This document shows positions 18,963 to 28,623 of a stretch of DNA of 64,000 nucleotides, one piece after another. The position numbers were made by a program, and so were the translations under genes. This DNA comes from Acidimicrobiales bacterium (GTDB lineage Bacteria; Actinomycetota; Acidimicrobiia; Acidimicrobiales; SZUA-35), in the NCBI GenBank assembly GCA_020629155.1, contig JAHDDW010000008.1, positions 36,175 through 100,174 on the forward strand. The letters run 5' to 3'. The first letter of the stretch is position 1. Each line of letters opens with the position of its first letter. The notes beneath the pieces were generated by a model. It saw only the letters and a program-made list of their open reading frames with translations, was not told where the DNA came from and ran no database searches.

Positions 18963-19108
18963 CACGCGTACATACTTCTGCGAGTTGCTCAAAGCGACGT
19001 TGAGATGGTGGATCGAACGGAGCGGAATTGCTGAAGGGATGTACAATGAAAAATATCCTCTTCAGAGGCGTAGCGCAATATCGGTTCTAAGGTAGCGAAA
19101 GCAAGTAC

Positions 19109-20260
19109 ATGAAGGTTTCTCAAACAAAGACACGACTCGGTATCGTTGGCGGTGGTCAACTTGGCCGCATGCTTACCTCGGCTGCGCTAGAGCTTGGCCT
19201 CACAATCACCGTTGTCGATCCAGGCGAGAATCCGCCAGCGAAACAGGTCGGGGCTACCCATATTCGCGGATCATTTGACGATCATGAAGCTATAACGCAG
19301 CTAGCAGAAGCCAGCGATGTTATTACGTGGGAGATTGAACACATTTCAGTCGAAGCATTGGCTGAGGTTACAATAAATAAGAAAGTTGTTGTTGAGCCTT
19401 CGTTAGACACCCTGGCGATGATCAAAGATAAATATTTACAAAAAAAGGCGATGGCAGATGCTGGTATTGCGGTGTCAGATTTTGTGTCGCTTGCTAGCGA
19501 AACCGATGCGGAAACCTTTTTTGGCAAACACAGTGAAACAGGTATTATTCTAAAAGCTCGCACAGGTGCCTATGACGGGCGTGGTAACTATGTTGTTCGT
19601 TCTCACGGTGACATAGCAGCAGGTTTCCAAGCGTTAGCAACAAGCGAGCTGTATGCGGAAAAGTTAGAAAATCTAGAACGTGAAGTGTCGGTTATCATCG
19701 CGAAAGGTGATGACGAAATAAAGCTGTATGACCCTGTTGACTCAGTAAACGAAAACAATATTTGCAACCTTGTCATAGCGCCGAGTCAAGCGCCACAAGC
19801 TGCCCAACAAAAATGTGTTGCTATGGCACAACAGGTTGCTCAAGCATTGCAGGGCAGGGGAGTGTTTGCTATCGAAATGTTAGTGACCGCTAGTGGTGAA
19901 GTGCTGCTGAATGAAATAGCGCCCAGAGTACACAACACAGGCCATCACAGTATTGAGGGGTGTCGCACAAGCCAGTTCGAGCAGCATGTGCGCTGCGTTA
20001 TGGGGCTGCCGCTTGGCGAAACTGATTTATTGGCCGACTATGTGGTGATGAATAACATTTTAGGATCATTCGATGGTGAAGTTACATTTGATGGTTTCGG
20101 CGAGGCATTGGCGATAGGCGCGATGATGCATGCGTATGGAAAAACGCCGAATAAGGTGGCTCGCAAAATGGGTCACTTTACGATGCTAAGCCGTGAAGGT
20201 GAATCATTAGAAGAGGTGCTGCAACGAGCAGCACATGCCAGAAAGGTCATAGCACTATGA
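19109..20260 (+). CDS. purK: N5-carboxyaminoimidazole ribonucleotide synthase
   Basis: GIVGGGQLGRML, AYDGRGN, NEIAPRVHNTGH, SQFEQHVR, RKMGH. Confidence 0.95.
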   Translation: MKVSQTKTRLGIVGGGQLGRMLTSAALELGLTITVVDPGENPPAKQVGATHIRGSFDDHEAITQLAEASDVITWEIEHISVEALAEVTINKKVVVEPSLDTLAMIKDKYLQKKAMADAGIAVSDFVSLASETDAETFFGKHSETGIILKARTGAYDGRGNYVVRSHGDIAAGFQALATSELYAEKLENLEREVSVIIAKGDDEIKLYDPVDSVNENNICNLVIAPSQAPQAAQQKCVAMAQQVAQALQGRGVFAIEMLVTASGEVLLNEIAPRVHNTGHHSIEGCRTSQFEQHVRCVMGLPLGETDLLADYVVMNNILGSFDGEVTFDGFGEALAIGAMMHAYGKTPNKVARKMGHFTMLSREGESLEEVLQRAAHARKVIAL

Positions 20261-20808
20261 ACTTTGAAGTAACACAGTCACAAAACAGTGACAAGACGCC
20301 GCTTGTGTCAATAGCGATGGGATCGGTGAGCGACGGCGACATCGCCGAGAAAGCCATGGCGGTGCTTGAACAGTTCGGCGTCTATTACGAAGTGGGCGTT
20401 AAATCAGCACACCGTACTCCGCAGCACATGTTGGATTATGCTAAAGGTGTGGCAGATCGTGGTATCAAAGTTGTGATTGCTATGGCTGGCGGGTCAGCAC
20501 ATTTGCCTGGCATGGTGGCTTCTGACACGTCGGTGCCTGTGCTGGCTGTTCCTATAAAACGGTTCGAGCGCGGCCACGGTGACGAGGCGTTGAAGTCGTC
20601 AATTGCTATGCCGCCTGGTATTCCTTTGGCAACGTTCGGCAATAATGCTGCTGATCGTGCAGCGCTATTTGCGGTGAGGATCTTGTCACTTAGCGATACT
20701 GTTCTACAGAAACGCTATGTTGCAAGTCAAGAAGCGTTAACAACAAAAGTTGCTGCGCAAGACACCGAAATAGCCAAAAACGGTTGGCAATCTGTCAGCG
20801 GCAGCTAA
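20257..20808 (+). CDS. purE: N5-CAIR mutase
   Basis: MGSVSD, SAHRTP, AGGSAHLPGMVAS, MPPGIP; 4-nt overlap with purK. Confidence 0.95.
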   Translation: MNFEVTQSQNSDKTPLVSIAMGSVSDGDIAEKAMAVLEQFGVYYEVGVKSAHRTPQHMLDYAKGVADRGIKVVIAMAGGSAHLPGMVASDTSVPVLAVPIKRFERGHGDEALKSSIAMPPGIPLATFGNNAADRAALFAVRILSLSDTVLQKRYVASQEALTTKVAAQDTEIAKNGWQSVSGS

Positions 20809-22010
20809 TACGAACTTTCACTAAGCGGTTGGCGACTGTTGCGCTGTGCCTGTTCAAAAAATTCTACGAGATCTTTAGCTAGCCACACGTGTGCTCTCGA
20901 CTCAGCCGAATGCGCTCGTCTTAAAACGCCTTCTGCTTCTAGTGTCTTAAGCGCTTTTAGCGCAGTTGGTTGGGTAACATTGGCATAGCCCTGTGCGATA
21001 GCTACTGTTATTACTGGGTGCTCTAATAGATGTTGTACTATTTTTGCGGCGGCACCTCGATGCGAAGCGGCTAGCTGCGTCCAATGCTTCTGTGCCTTAG
21101 TAAGTAGCGTTGCCAGCTCAATTGAGGCTTGCGAAGCTTTTTGTACTGCTTCTGCAAAAATTGTGATCCACTTGTTTATATCGCCGTCCTTGTAGGCTGT
21201 TAAACCAGTGAAATAGTCTTGTTTCATTGCTAGTAAGGCATGTGCGGTGGGGATAGCAGTCGTCGGGATATACCGCCTGAGGATGGGGTGGATAAATGCA
21301 CGGCCAAGGCGTCCATTGCCGTCCACAAATGGGTGGATTATTTCAAACTGCGCGTGTGCTATAGCTGCTTGGACTATCGGATTAAGATCGAAACGGTCGC
21401 TGAAACCTATAAGATCGTCCATCAGCGCATCGATTTGTTTATGATCTGGCCCTTCGAAAAATGCTTCAGCTCTTGTTCGCCCAATCCAAACAGGGCAGTT
21501 TCGCCATTTGCCGATATGTTCCGGCAACATAGCAGAGCCTGTCATAAGTGCCGTATGGAGGCTTTTAAACCATGTTTTCGTGACTCTTTCACTGCCTACT
21601 ATAGCGCTTGAAACAATTTCGATATTATGCGTCACAAGCTCGATATCGGTAAGTTCTGGGTTTGTCTTGTCGGTAGAGAATGGCTCTTCAATATGTAGAA
21701 AGAGTTGTTCGGCATCTATTTCGATATCTTCTATCTGTGAAGAAGAAACTGCTTCAAATCGTATGAGGTTTCCAAGCAGCGCTGGGGTGATGTTTAGCTG
21801 ATTTTGAGTCACCTGTGTTGCAAGTTGTTTCAACGTAAGTGTTGCACTGCGGACTGCTGCATTGGTTTTTTCGGTTAACGTTGGTGTTTGTTTCGCTATA
21901 CACGCTGGAATGGTTTGTTTGAAAGAGATCGTTTCTGGCTCCCACTCGTCCATCCTAGCTTTAGGGTTTGGAGCTTCAATTGTTTCATATGTTGCAGCGG
22001 GCCAAGCCAT
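20805..22010 (-). CDS. Fic family protein with C-terminal wHTH
   Basis: EAVSSSQIE, HAQFEIIHPFVDGNGRLGR. Confidence 0.9.
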   Translation of the reverse strand: MAWPAATYETIEAPNPKARMDEWEPETISFKQTIPACIAKQTPTLTEKTNAAVRSATLTLKQLATQVTQNQLNITPALLGNLIRFEAVSSSQIEDIEIDAEQLFLHIEEPFSTDKTNPELTDIELVTHNIEIVSSAIVGSERVTKTWFKSLHTALMTGSAMLPEHIGKWRNCPVWIGRTRAEAFFEGPDHKQIDALMDDLIGFSDRFDLNPIVQAAIAHAQFEIIHPFVDGNGRLGRAFIHPILRRYIPTTAIPTAHALLAMKQDYFTGLTAYKDGDINKWITIFAEAVQKASQASIELATLLTKAQKHWTQLAASHRGAAAKIVQHLLEHPVITVAIAQGYANVTQPTALKALKTLEAEGVLRRAHSAESRAHVWLAKDLVEFFEQAQRNSRQPLSESSY

Positions 22011-22038
22011 ATGGTCACTCTACTATAAACTTTAGGGT

Positions 22039-22809
22039 CTAAAACGTATAGTTAAGCAATCTGCTATTCATCGCAGACGGTGTTTTGATAAATGTGCCCA
22101 TGACTCGATTGACTTCTTCGATTTTGCTCGGATTGTGGCGATAATCGTGCTCACAATCTAGTTCATATATCTGTTTGGGCTCAGGACTTTGTTTTATCGT
22201 TGCAACGACATGGTCTAGCTCCATAAATTCATCTTGTCTGCTAACAAAAAGCAGCTTGGGTTGTGTAACTTTTTTCAGCGCTTCAGCTGGTTTGTGTCGT
22301 TGCCCGTCAACAAAATAGTTAAGCGGCAGTTTGAATGCTATTCGTTGGGGATAATTGGGGTGAGTCGATGGGGCGTCTCTATAGTCAAGCTCGAAGCCTT
22401 GTCCGATAGTCGATTGTTTCGGTGGACTCGGGTCGCCATATAAAGCAAGGATCGCAACAACTGCACTAACTGCGCTGTTTTTTTCTGCGACGAGCATTGC
22501 GGTGGCCCCTCCTCTGCTGTGACCAACAAGCATGGTCGGCTTCTGGCCGAGATGATCAATAAGTTCTTCTGTCGCCTGAACAAAGTTTGTGGTGGTATAA
22601 ATAGCCATATCTCCATCGCTGCCCCAGATGCCAGGTGGGTCAAAGGAAAGAGCAAGAAACCCTTGAGAAGCTAAATAATCAACATGACTACGCATATGGG
22701 CATAGTCCTTTGAATCAAGCCGACCTGGAATCACAATCGCTACTTTGTCTGCATCATGATTTCCTTGGCCGTAGGTCGCGAGCGAGAAACTTGTGGTATG
22801 GATTTTCAT
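22039..22809 (-). CDS. Alpha/beta-fold hydrolase
   Basis: GHSRGG nucleophile elbow; candidate Asp (QDEF) and His (EHDY). Confidence 0.8.
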   Translation of the reverse strand: MKIHTTSFSLATYGQGNHDADKVAIVIPGRLDSKDYAHMRSHVDYLASQGFLALSFDPPGIWGSDGDMAIYTTTNFVQATEELIDHLGQKPTMLVGHSRGGATAMLVAEKNSAVSAVVAILALYGDPSPPKQSTIGQGFELDYRDAPSTHPNYPQRIAFKLPLNYFVDGQRHKPAEALKKVTQPKLLFVSRQDEFMELDHVVATIKQSPEPKQIYELDCEHDYRHNPSKIEEVNRVMGTFIKTPSAMNSRLLNYTF

Positions 22810-22829
22810 AGCAACACGCAGTCTTAACT

Positions 22830-23672
22830 CTACAAGGCGGTGACAGATGTATCTGAGTTTAACCCATGAGGATCAGTCAGCATTCCGAGCGTACTTCTTG
22901 GACTGGATCCCATTCCAACTCCTAAGTTAAATTCTGCATCTACTGACCTACTGGTGTCACCTGGTCCTGATTGCTCAGTAGTTAACTTTTCGAGAAGATC
23001 TGCAGCTTCTCCGTCTAATTGATCTAGCTCGGTAACAAGTTGATCATAGATGTTATCCAAAGTATTGTTAATATTATAGATAGACTGAGCAGCAGCCTTA
23101 GTCAGAGCAGCAGGCGATGGGCTATCCAGTTCTAAGTCTTGGACCCCTAAGACATAGTAATCAGATATTGCTAAGTCGACTTCATGTTTTAGTGTAAATC
23201 TTCCTATAGAAGTCTGTATCCCAGCGTTCAAATTTTGCGCATTTAATCGTTCTTTGACACGATATCTTAAGTCGATAACTACTTCATTCATTAAGGATGC
23301 GTGTTCTACGGCAGAATTGTAATAATCTTGAACTTGCTCTTGGATTATCGCCAAATCTTGAGGATCTCCTGTTTCAGCTCTGTGAGAGAAGCCTGGGAGA
23401 AACACATCAAGCGTGTCAGCTCCTGGTATCTCGTTGTTATTTAAACGCCAGTTTCTCCAATTTTTTGAATCAACGGAATCTGAAAAAAGTGACGCAGAAG
23501 TTTCAGCTCCTTCAGCGCGAGGTTCGATCTTCATCTCGGCCAAACGGCTTTTTAAGATTTCTCTCGCAGAAAGTTGCGGGTCTGAACCATTTATTTCGCC
23601 AAGTATCCATCGACAAAATTGTGCTGTCTCAACTGCATCGGAATTTGCACCTGTCATTCTGCCATCTCTCAA
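22830..23672 (-). CDS. Hypothetical protein
   Basis: 280-aa ORF filling the gap between co-oriented genes; no family recognised. Confidence 0.6.
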   Translation of the reverse strand: MRDGRMTGANSDAVETAQFCRWILGEINGSDPQLSAREILKSRLAEMKIEPRAEGAETSASLFSDSVDSKNWRNWRLNNNEIPGADTLDVFLPGFSHRAETGDPQDLAIIQEQVQDYYNSAVEHASLMNEVVIDLRYRVKERLNAQNLNAGIQTSIGRFTLKHEVDLAISDYYVLGVQDLELDSPSPAALTKAAAQSIYNINNTLDNIYDQLVTELDQLDGEAADLLEKLTTEQSGPGDTSRSVDAEFNLGVGMGSSPRSTLGMLTDPHGLNSDTSVTAL

Positions 23673-23717
23673 TAGTTCTAGTAACTAGGGTAACACTTTA
23701 TTGATGACGATCCTGCG

Positions 23718-24635
23718 TTACAATCCTTCGGTTAGGCCGTCGTGGCGGAGGCTGAGGCGTGGGCCGTAGCGTGGGGCTGGGCCTGCTGATTTGGCGAGGC
23801 GTATTACCCGCCAGCGATGGCCCCGATAGGGCTCTAGCAGCTTCAGCATTGAAGTGTCGTCGCCTCTCGGTTCGCCTGCAAGGTGCCAGTGGACAATGTT
23901 AGGTATATGAAAATCACCGACAGGTACGGCGTCGCTATGGCCATAGACAACAGCGGTTGTCATGCCAACGGTCCACGGGCCGATGCCAGGCAGCGACAAA
24001 AGCCGCCGCTCAAAAGTTTCTCTGCCTTGAGCAAACGATGATCTGATTCTGCCAAACTCTTTCGCAACGCGCAGCAGCGTTTCGCTACGTTTGCGTTCTA
24101 TCCCAAGTGTGTGAAAATCGGCGTAACCCATTTCGCTTACTCGCTCAGGCGAAGGCAAGATATAACTGCGCCTCGGCCCAGGTGCAAGCACGCCGAATTG
24201 TTTCGCCAGCATCCGTAGTGAATTGCCCGCTTTGGTTGTTTGCACTTTCTGGCCGAAGATAGCGCCAACAAGACCATCCCACGGCCTGTCGGTTCGAGCT
24301 AGTTTAAACGGTTTACGCAGCCAGCGGTCACGCAACTGTGGCGGCGGCACAAAATCTTTAACCGTCACATCGCTAGCGCCTAACAAATGAGGCACCTGAT
24401 TAAGCATCCAAACACTGCCAGCACCCCATGCGTTAGCTAGCAAACGGTCTCCGTCTTGCAAAACAAGCTCCAGGCTGCCAGGGCCGTCAGGTGTGCGTGT
24501 GACCCACCAGTGAGACGACGGCCCAATCAGCACTGGCTGTTTCGCCCCAGCAATCGTTGCTCGATACTCAAAGGTAGAGTCAACATCGAAAAAAGCCGAC
24601 TCATCAGGCGTTGATCTTCCTGAAGAAGCAGTCAT
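23718..24635 (-). CDS. DNA-3-methyladenine glycosylase II (AlkA-like HhH-GPD)
   Basis: AIFGQKV, LLSLPGIGPWT, DAVPVGDFHIP, LEPYRGHR. Confidence 0.85.
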   Translation of the reverse strand: MTASSGRSTPDESAFFDVDSTFEYRATIAGAKQPVLIGPSSHWWVTRTPDGPGSLELVLQDGDRLLANAWGAGSVWMLNQVPHLLGASDVTVKDFVPPPQLRDRWLRKPFKLARTDRPWDGLVGAIFGQKVQTTKAGNSLRMLAKQFGVLAPGPRRSYILPSPERVSEMGYADFHTLGIERKRSETLLRVAKEFGRIRSSFAQGRETFERRLLSLPGIGPWTVGMTTAVVYGHSDAVPVGDFHIPNIVHWHLAGEPRGDDTSMLKLLEPYRGHRWRVIRLAKSAGPAPRYGPRLSLRHDGLTEGL

Positions 24636-25492
24636 GCGTTGTCGATATCTGCAACCAGTTGGTTAACCCGTCGTTGTGCAGAGTTATAGCTGAGTTCATT
24701 TTCTGCAGAAACTTGGATCGTGTTCCAAAGCTCAGCCCATTCAGGAGAGTCTAAAATTTTAGGAGGCCAAGAGTGAGTTTTTCGTTCCTTGAAAGTTGTT
24801 ATGCACGCCTGTTTCGTTTTAGCTAAACCATCAGTCCTAAGTAGAGGCTCTAATAAGCAGATATCGAACAGGTCGTGAACACGTTGGTTGCTTCCTTCGT
24901 CAAAGACTTTTGTGCTAGCATGTAATTTCTGGGCTACCTGGTAGTGAGCGTTTAATAGTGGGATTAGAGGCCTAGGGCCTAACAAAACAGGGTCTACGTC
25001 TATAGTGCTTATAACTAGATCCGTCTCTTTAACCAAATCATGTTGCGACCTGCCGATTTCAAAATCAAGAGTCGAGAAATTTTTTCCTTTGTAAAGAAGT
25101 TTGATTTTACATCGTTGAGGAAGAGGGTCAGTTCCAGCACGAACAATCTCTTCACGCTTGACAATGAAACCTTCGAAGTTAGCCCATCCAGATAGTAGAC
25201 GTTCTTCTATAAGAACAAAGGCCTGATCCAAACTGATGTTGGTGAGAGTGTCAAGATCTCTCGTTGATCTAACACCTGCTCCGAATCTAATAAGTAAACT
25301 GGCACCGCCTTTAAAGACAAGGCGGGGTTCTCCAGCCTTAGTCCTTAGCCCATCAAGAATGGAGGCAAGAACAGAGATGCTAACAAGCCGGATAGCTTCT
25401 TTCTGAGTGATAGAAATCGATTCTTTTTCTTGCTGTCTAGTCCATTGTTGGATCAATCTGGTTAAATGGTTTAGATCGCCTGGTCGTTTCAT
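24632..25492 (-). CDS. AbiEii/AbiGii nucleotidyltransferase toxin (type IV TA)
   Basis: VFKGGASL, RSTRDLD, QVAQKLHA, RVHDLFDI. Confidence 0.88.
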   Translation of the reverse strand: MKRPGDLNHLTRLIQQWTRQQEKESISITQKEAIRLVSISVLASILDGLRTKAGEPRLVFKGGASLLIRFGAGVRSTRDLDTLTNISLDQAFVLIEERLLSGWANFEGFIVKREEIVRAGTDPLPQRCKIKLLYKGKNFSTLDFEIGRSQHDLVKETDLVISTIDVDPVLLGPRPLIPLLNAHYQVAQKLHASTKVFDEGSNQRVHDLFDICLLEPLLRTDGLAKTKQACITTFKERKTHSWPPKILDSPEWAELWNTIQVSAENELSYNSAQRRVNQLVADIDNA

Positions 25493-26061
25493 CCTACGTC
25501 TTTCGAAGAATTTTCTCTGTTGTCAAGTTGAACTCGTAGATGCGCCGATTGTCTTTTGGTTAGTAAACCCTTGTATAGCGCAGTATCAATAGACTGCTCG
25601 GCTAAGTCGCCTCGCATCCCCTTGTCTATGGATCGTCTAATTGCTAGGTCTGAAACCATAACCGCGATATTTGAAATAGTTGTACGGTTCTTTGGGGCTA
25701 TGTCTATTTTTGTTATTTCATATTTATCGAGGCCCTTTTTTAGCGGTCTATATTTTTTGGGAACTGCTAAACAAATTCGTCGAGGATTTATATCGCAGAG
25801 ATCTAATAGCTCTAGGGCAGATTCATCAGCGATAGTGCCTCCGCCTTTAATTGAAAGGGTAGCTTCCATAAAATCAACAAGTTCTGAAAGTGGGAATCCA
25901 GGGATCATATAGACACCATGAATTCGTCGTTCAAGTGTCCCTCGTGCTGCTAGCTGTCTTACATTTGCCGGGTTTACTCCAGCTTCTTTGATTTGTTCAA
26001 TAGAAAAAAGGCCGTGCTGGTCGGCTGCTATTTCTAAAGACTTACTAAATACCTTGTTCAT
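25489..26061 (-). CDS. AbiEi family antitoxin (type IV TA)
   Basis: IAADQHGLFS, LAARGTLERRIHGVY, ESALELLDL; overlaps the toxin start. Confidence 0.88.
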   Translation of the reverse strand: MNKVFSKSLEIAADQHGLFSIEQIKEAGVNPANVRQLAARGTLERRIHGVYMIPGFPLSELVDFMEATLSIKGGGTIADESALELLDLCDINPRRICLAVPKKYRPLKKGLDKYEITKIDIAPKNRTTISNIAVMVSDLAIRRSIDKGMRGDLAEQSIDTALYKGLLTKRQSAHLRVQLDNRENSSKDVG

Positions 26062-26080
26062 GTTTATATGATATTAAATT

Positions 26081-26119
26081 AATACCAAAAATGCAAATTT
26101 ATGTTTTATTTTTGGTATT
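26081..26119. promoter_or_regulatory. Candidate AbiEi autoregulatory operator
   Basis: AATACCAAAAAT-N15-ATTTTTGGTATT about 20 nt upstream of the antitoxin ATG; AbiEi proteins are known to bind promoter inverted repeats. Confidence 0.65.
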
Positions 26120-26136
26120 TATCGTATCTATATAGT

Positions 26137-28059
26137 TTATATGTCCCACATGTTGAGTAGAGCTTTTTGTGCCTCATGATCAGTGAATTGGTCGCGTAAA
26201 TCTATAGGTGTTTTCGTTACATCTGGCGTTGTTTTATCAATCACCTTGAAATGCTTTTTCACTGGAGACAAAAAACGTGATAGCTCGGAATATTCATATG
26301 GATTATGGACGCCAGCAGGTTGCACAACATAGCTTACCGTGAGTTGCTTGCGTGCTCGTGACAGGCCAACGTGTAACAACTGGCGTTCCTGATCAAGCTG
26401 GTGGGCTGAGATCGACAAACGGTGAGGAATATTGCGATCACAACAGTGAATACTATGAACATAGTCCCACTGCTGGCCTTTTGCTGAATGTAATGTCGAT
26501 AGTGTCAGTCGTTGGCTAGCATTTCGGTCGCAGTTGCCGAAACGCATTGGGGCATCCAACGTGAACCTTGCAATAAAATCGTCTTGCGGCAACGCTGCGC
26601 CATCTGCGATGATACGACGCAAGTCTGCGAGGCGAAGTTGCGCATCATTCGCGTAACGGGTAGGAAAAACGAGTGCGCAGAACTGAAGAGCATGATCGAG
26701 CACGTCGGCAAAGAGCCTACTTTTCTCACACGCTAGCAAACTTTTTTGCAATGCATTCACCATCGCATCTGATGATCCGATGCTAGGAAGGTTCAGAAAA
26801 CTTTTTGTTGGCTGCGCAAGTTTTTTGCCTAATCGAAGCCGCTTACAGGTTTCCTCAACTTGCTCGTCATCATCTAAAACAATAGACAGAGCTCGCCGCC
26901 ACGCAAGCTGGTCGAATTGGTTAGCCACAATCCGTAACAAGGCAAGAAAGTCTTTGAAATGAGAAAGCTCCAAATACCGGATGCCTCCATGCTTAATGAA
27001 CGCCACATTCTGGCGAATAAGTTCGGTCTCCAAACCATCGATAAGATGCCCCGAACGGTATAAAACCGCTTGCTTGTCTAGGCTGACGCCGTTATTCGCA
27101 AGCTGTATAATCGATTTAAGGACAAGTTTGCTTTGCTGCTGCTCGTCTTGGCAGATAACAAGTTTCGGGCGATCTCGAACAGAAAAAATAGTTTGGTTAA
27201 CAACAATATCAGGGTCCAAAACAGCCTCAGCAACTGCCTCTATAGCGGGAGTGCTGCGATGATTTGTTTCAAACACAATGCGCCGCGTCGAAGGCTTGGC
27301 TGCAAAATTCTTGATTGGGTTAGAACCATAGTTGCCTTTAAACTGATAAATGTTTTGCGTTACATCGCCAGCAGCGGTCAGACTCGTTGCAGGACCGCAC
27401 ATCTTGTGCACTAACATATTTTCAAGTGGCGTACAGTTCTGGTATTCGTCAAGAAGAATATGATCGAAAAGATACGGCAACGCTTGACCAACAGGGTTGT
27501 CAAAAAGCGCAAGCCAGAGAATGAGTAAATCTTCATTATCGACGATACCCATTTCACGCTTCGTCATAGCGTATGAACTAAAAATCGTAGCCGCTTGTTT
27601 ATGGCTGACCGTTTCATCAGGAAAGGTTTCAGCGACAACATCAGCAAGCGGCTTTTGACTGTATAAACAGAAAGAGTAGAGCTCATACAGCAGATCTTTA
27701 GGAATCTTACAACCTGATGGTCTGGCTTGGCTAAGCAGTTCTTTCGCCTCTGGAACGTCAATAATCGTAAAGGAATCAAGGCCGATAGCTGAGCCATAGA
27801 GCCGCAACAGTTTGGCAGCTACGAAACAAAAAGAACCATGCCACTGCGCAACTGAACTAGCGGCAACCCTCGCAATACTAGCCTCTACGGCGTGATGAGA
27901 TAACCCAAGATAGAGGACTCTCGACGGGTCGCCAGCGTGCGAAAGAAAAAGAAACCGCTCTTCTAACGCAGTTGTTTTTCCAGTACCTGGACTGCCTGTC
28001 AGCAGAAGTGAAATGTTAGGGTCTGTTGTCTGAAGTAGTGATTTATTTTGGCGGCTCAT
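26137..28059 (-). CDS. UvrD/Rep/PcrA-family SF1 helicase, divergent
   Basis: GSPGTGKT, LLDEYQN, GDVTQNIYQFKG, NHRST, STLHSAKGQQW, ERQLLHVGLSRAR. Confidence 0.85.
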   Translation of the reverse strand: MSRQNKSLLQTTDPNISLLLTGSPGTGKTTALEERFLFLSHAGDPSRVLYLGLSHHAVEASIARVAASSVAQWHGSFCFVAAKLLRLYGSAIGLDSFTIIDVPEAKELLSQARPSGCKIPKDLLYELYSFCLYSQKPLADVVAETFPDETVSHKQAATIFSSYAMTKREMGIVDNEDLLILWLALFDNPVGQALPYLFDHILLDEYQNCTPLENMLVHKMCGPATSLTAAGDVTQNIYQFKGNYGSNPIKNFAAKPSTRRIVFETNHRSTPAIEAVAEAVLDPDIVVNQTIFSVRDRPKLVICQDEQQQSKLVLKSIIQLANNGVSLDKQAVLYRSGHLIDGLETELIRQNVAFIKHGGIRYLELSHFKDFLALLRIVANQFDQLAWRRALSIVLDDDEQVEETCKRLRLGKKLAQPTKSFLNLPSIGSSDAMVNALQKSLLACEKSRLFADVLDHALQFCALVFPTRYANDAQLRLADLRRIIADGAALPQDDFIARFTLDAPMRFGNCDRNASQRLTLSTLHSAKGQQWDYVHSIHCCDRNIPHRLSISAHQLDQERQLLHVGLSRARKQLTVSYVVQPAGVHNPYEYSELSRFLSPVKKHFKVIDKTTPDVTKTPIDLRDQFTDHEAQKALLNMWDI

Positions 28060-28128
28060 TGTGTCAGAGCCTAATCGATAGGTGTGACAATTATAGAGCA
28101 GTTGCCTGCAAGTCCAGTAGTCCTGTGG

Positions 28129-28593
28129 TTAGGAGTTAGCGAGCTCAGTTAACGCCTGATCTAACGTGTTCCAGCTGAGTGTGGCGCATTTTATTCGGAC
28201 AGGAAATTTTACGACGCCTTTAAGTGCTTCAAGGTCGCCAAGTTTCATATCCTGGGGAGCTTGCAGCGTTTCGTCGGCTTCTAGCGAGTCGCCGTGCACT
28301 GCCATCATAGATTTAAACTGCTTAATAAAAGCCGCTGTTTCTTCAACAGTTTTTCCTTTAACCGCAGCAGTCATCATCGATGCAGATGATTGCGAGATAG
28401 AACAGCCTTGCCCGCCAATCTTGATATCTTCAACCTTGTCATCGACAACATGAAGATAAACAACAACTTCGTCGCCACATAGCGGATTAAACCCTTCACA
28501 ACGATGCGCTGGTGGAGACAGCTCGCCTTTATTGCGAGGGTTTTTATAATGATCTAAAATTACTTCACGGTAAAGATCTTCTAATCCAGACAT
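28129..28593 (-). CDS. sufU: SUF system scaffold / sulfur-transfer protein
   Basis: LYREVILDHY, NPLCGD, GCSISQSSAS, PVRIKCATL. Confidence 0.95.
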   Translation of the reverse strand: MSGLEDLYREVILDHYKNPRNKGELSPPAHRCEGFNPLCGDEVVVYLHVVDDKVEDIKIGGQGCSISQSSASMMTAAVKGKTVEETAAFIKQFKSMMAVHGDSLEADETLQAPQDMKLGDLEALKGVVKFPVRIKCATLSWNTLDQALTELANS

Positions 28594-28623
28594 TTCGTTT
28601 TTCTCCTCAGTCTTTCCGCTCCG

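Noticed and set aside
18965-19108. Purine-related riboswitch (ZTP, guanine or PRPP) upstream of purK
   Set aside because: A hairpin (CTGAAG-GGAT..ATCC-T-CTTCAG) is present, but I could not match the consensus of any of these classes. An Rfam scan would settle it.
22022-22052. Operator-like inverted repeat upstream of fic (ACTATA..TTTAG / CTAAA..TATAGT)
   Set aside because: Short, imperfect, AT-rich and overlapping the upstream stop codon, so it cannot be distinguished from chance.
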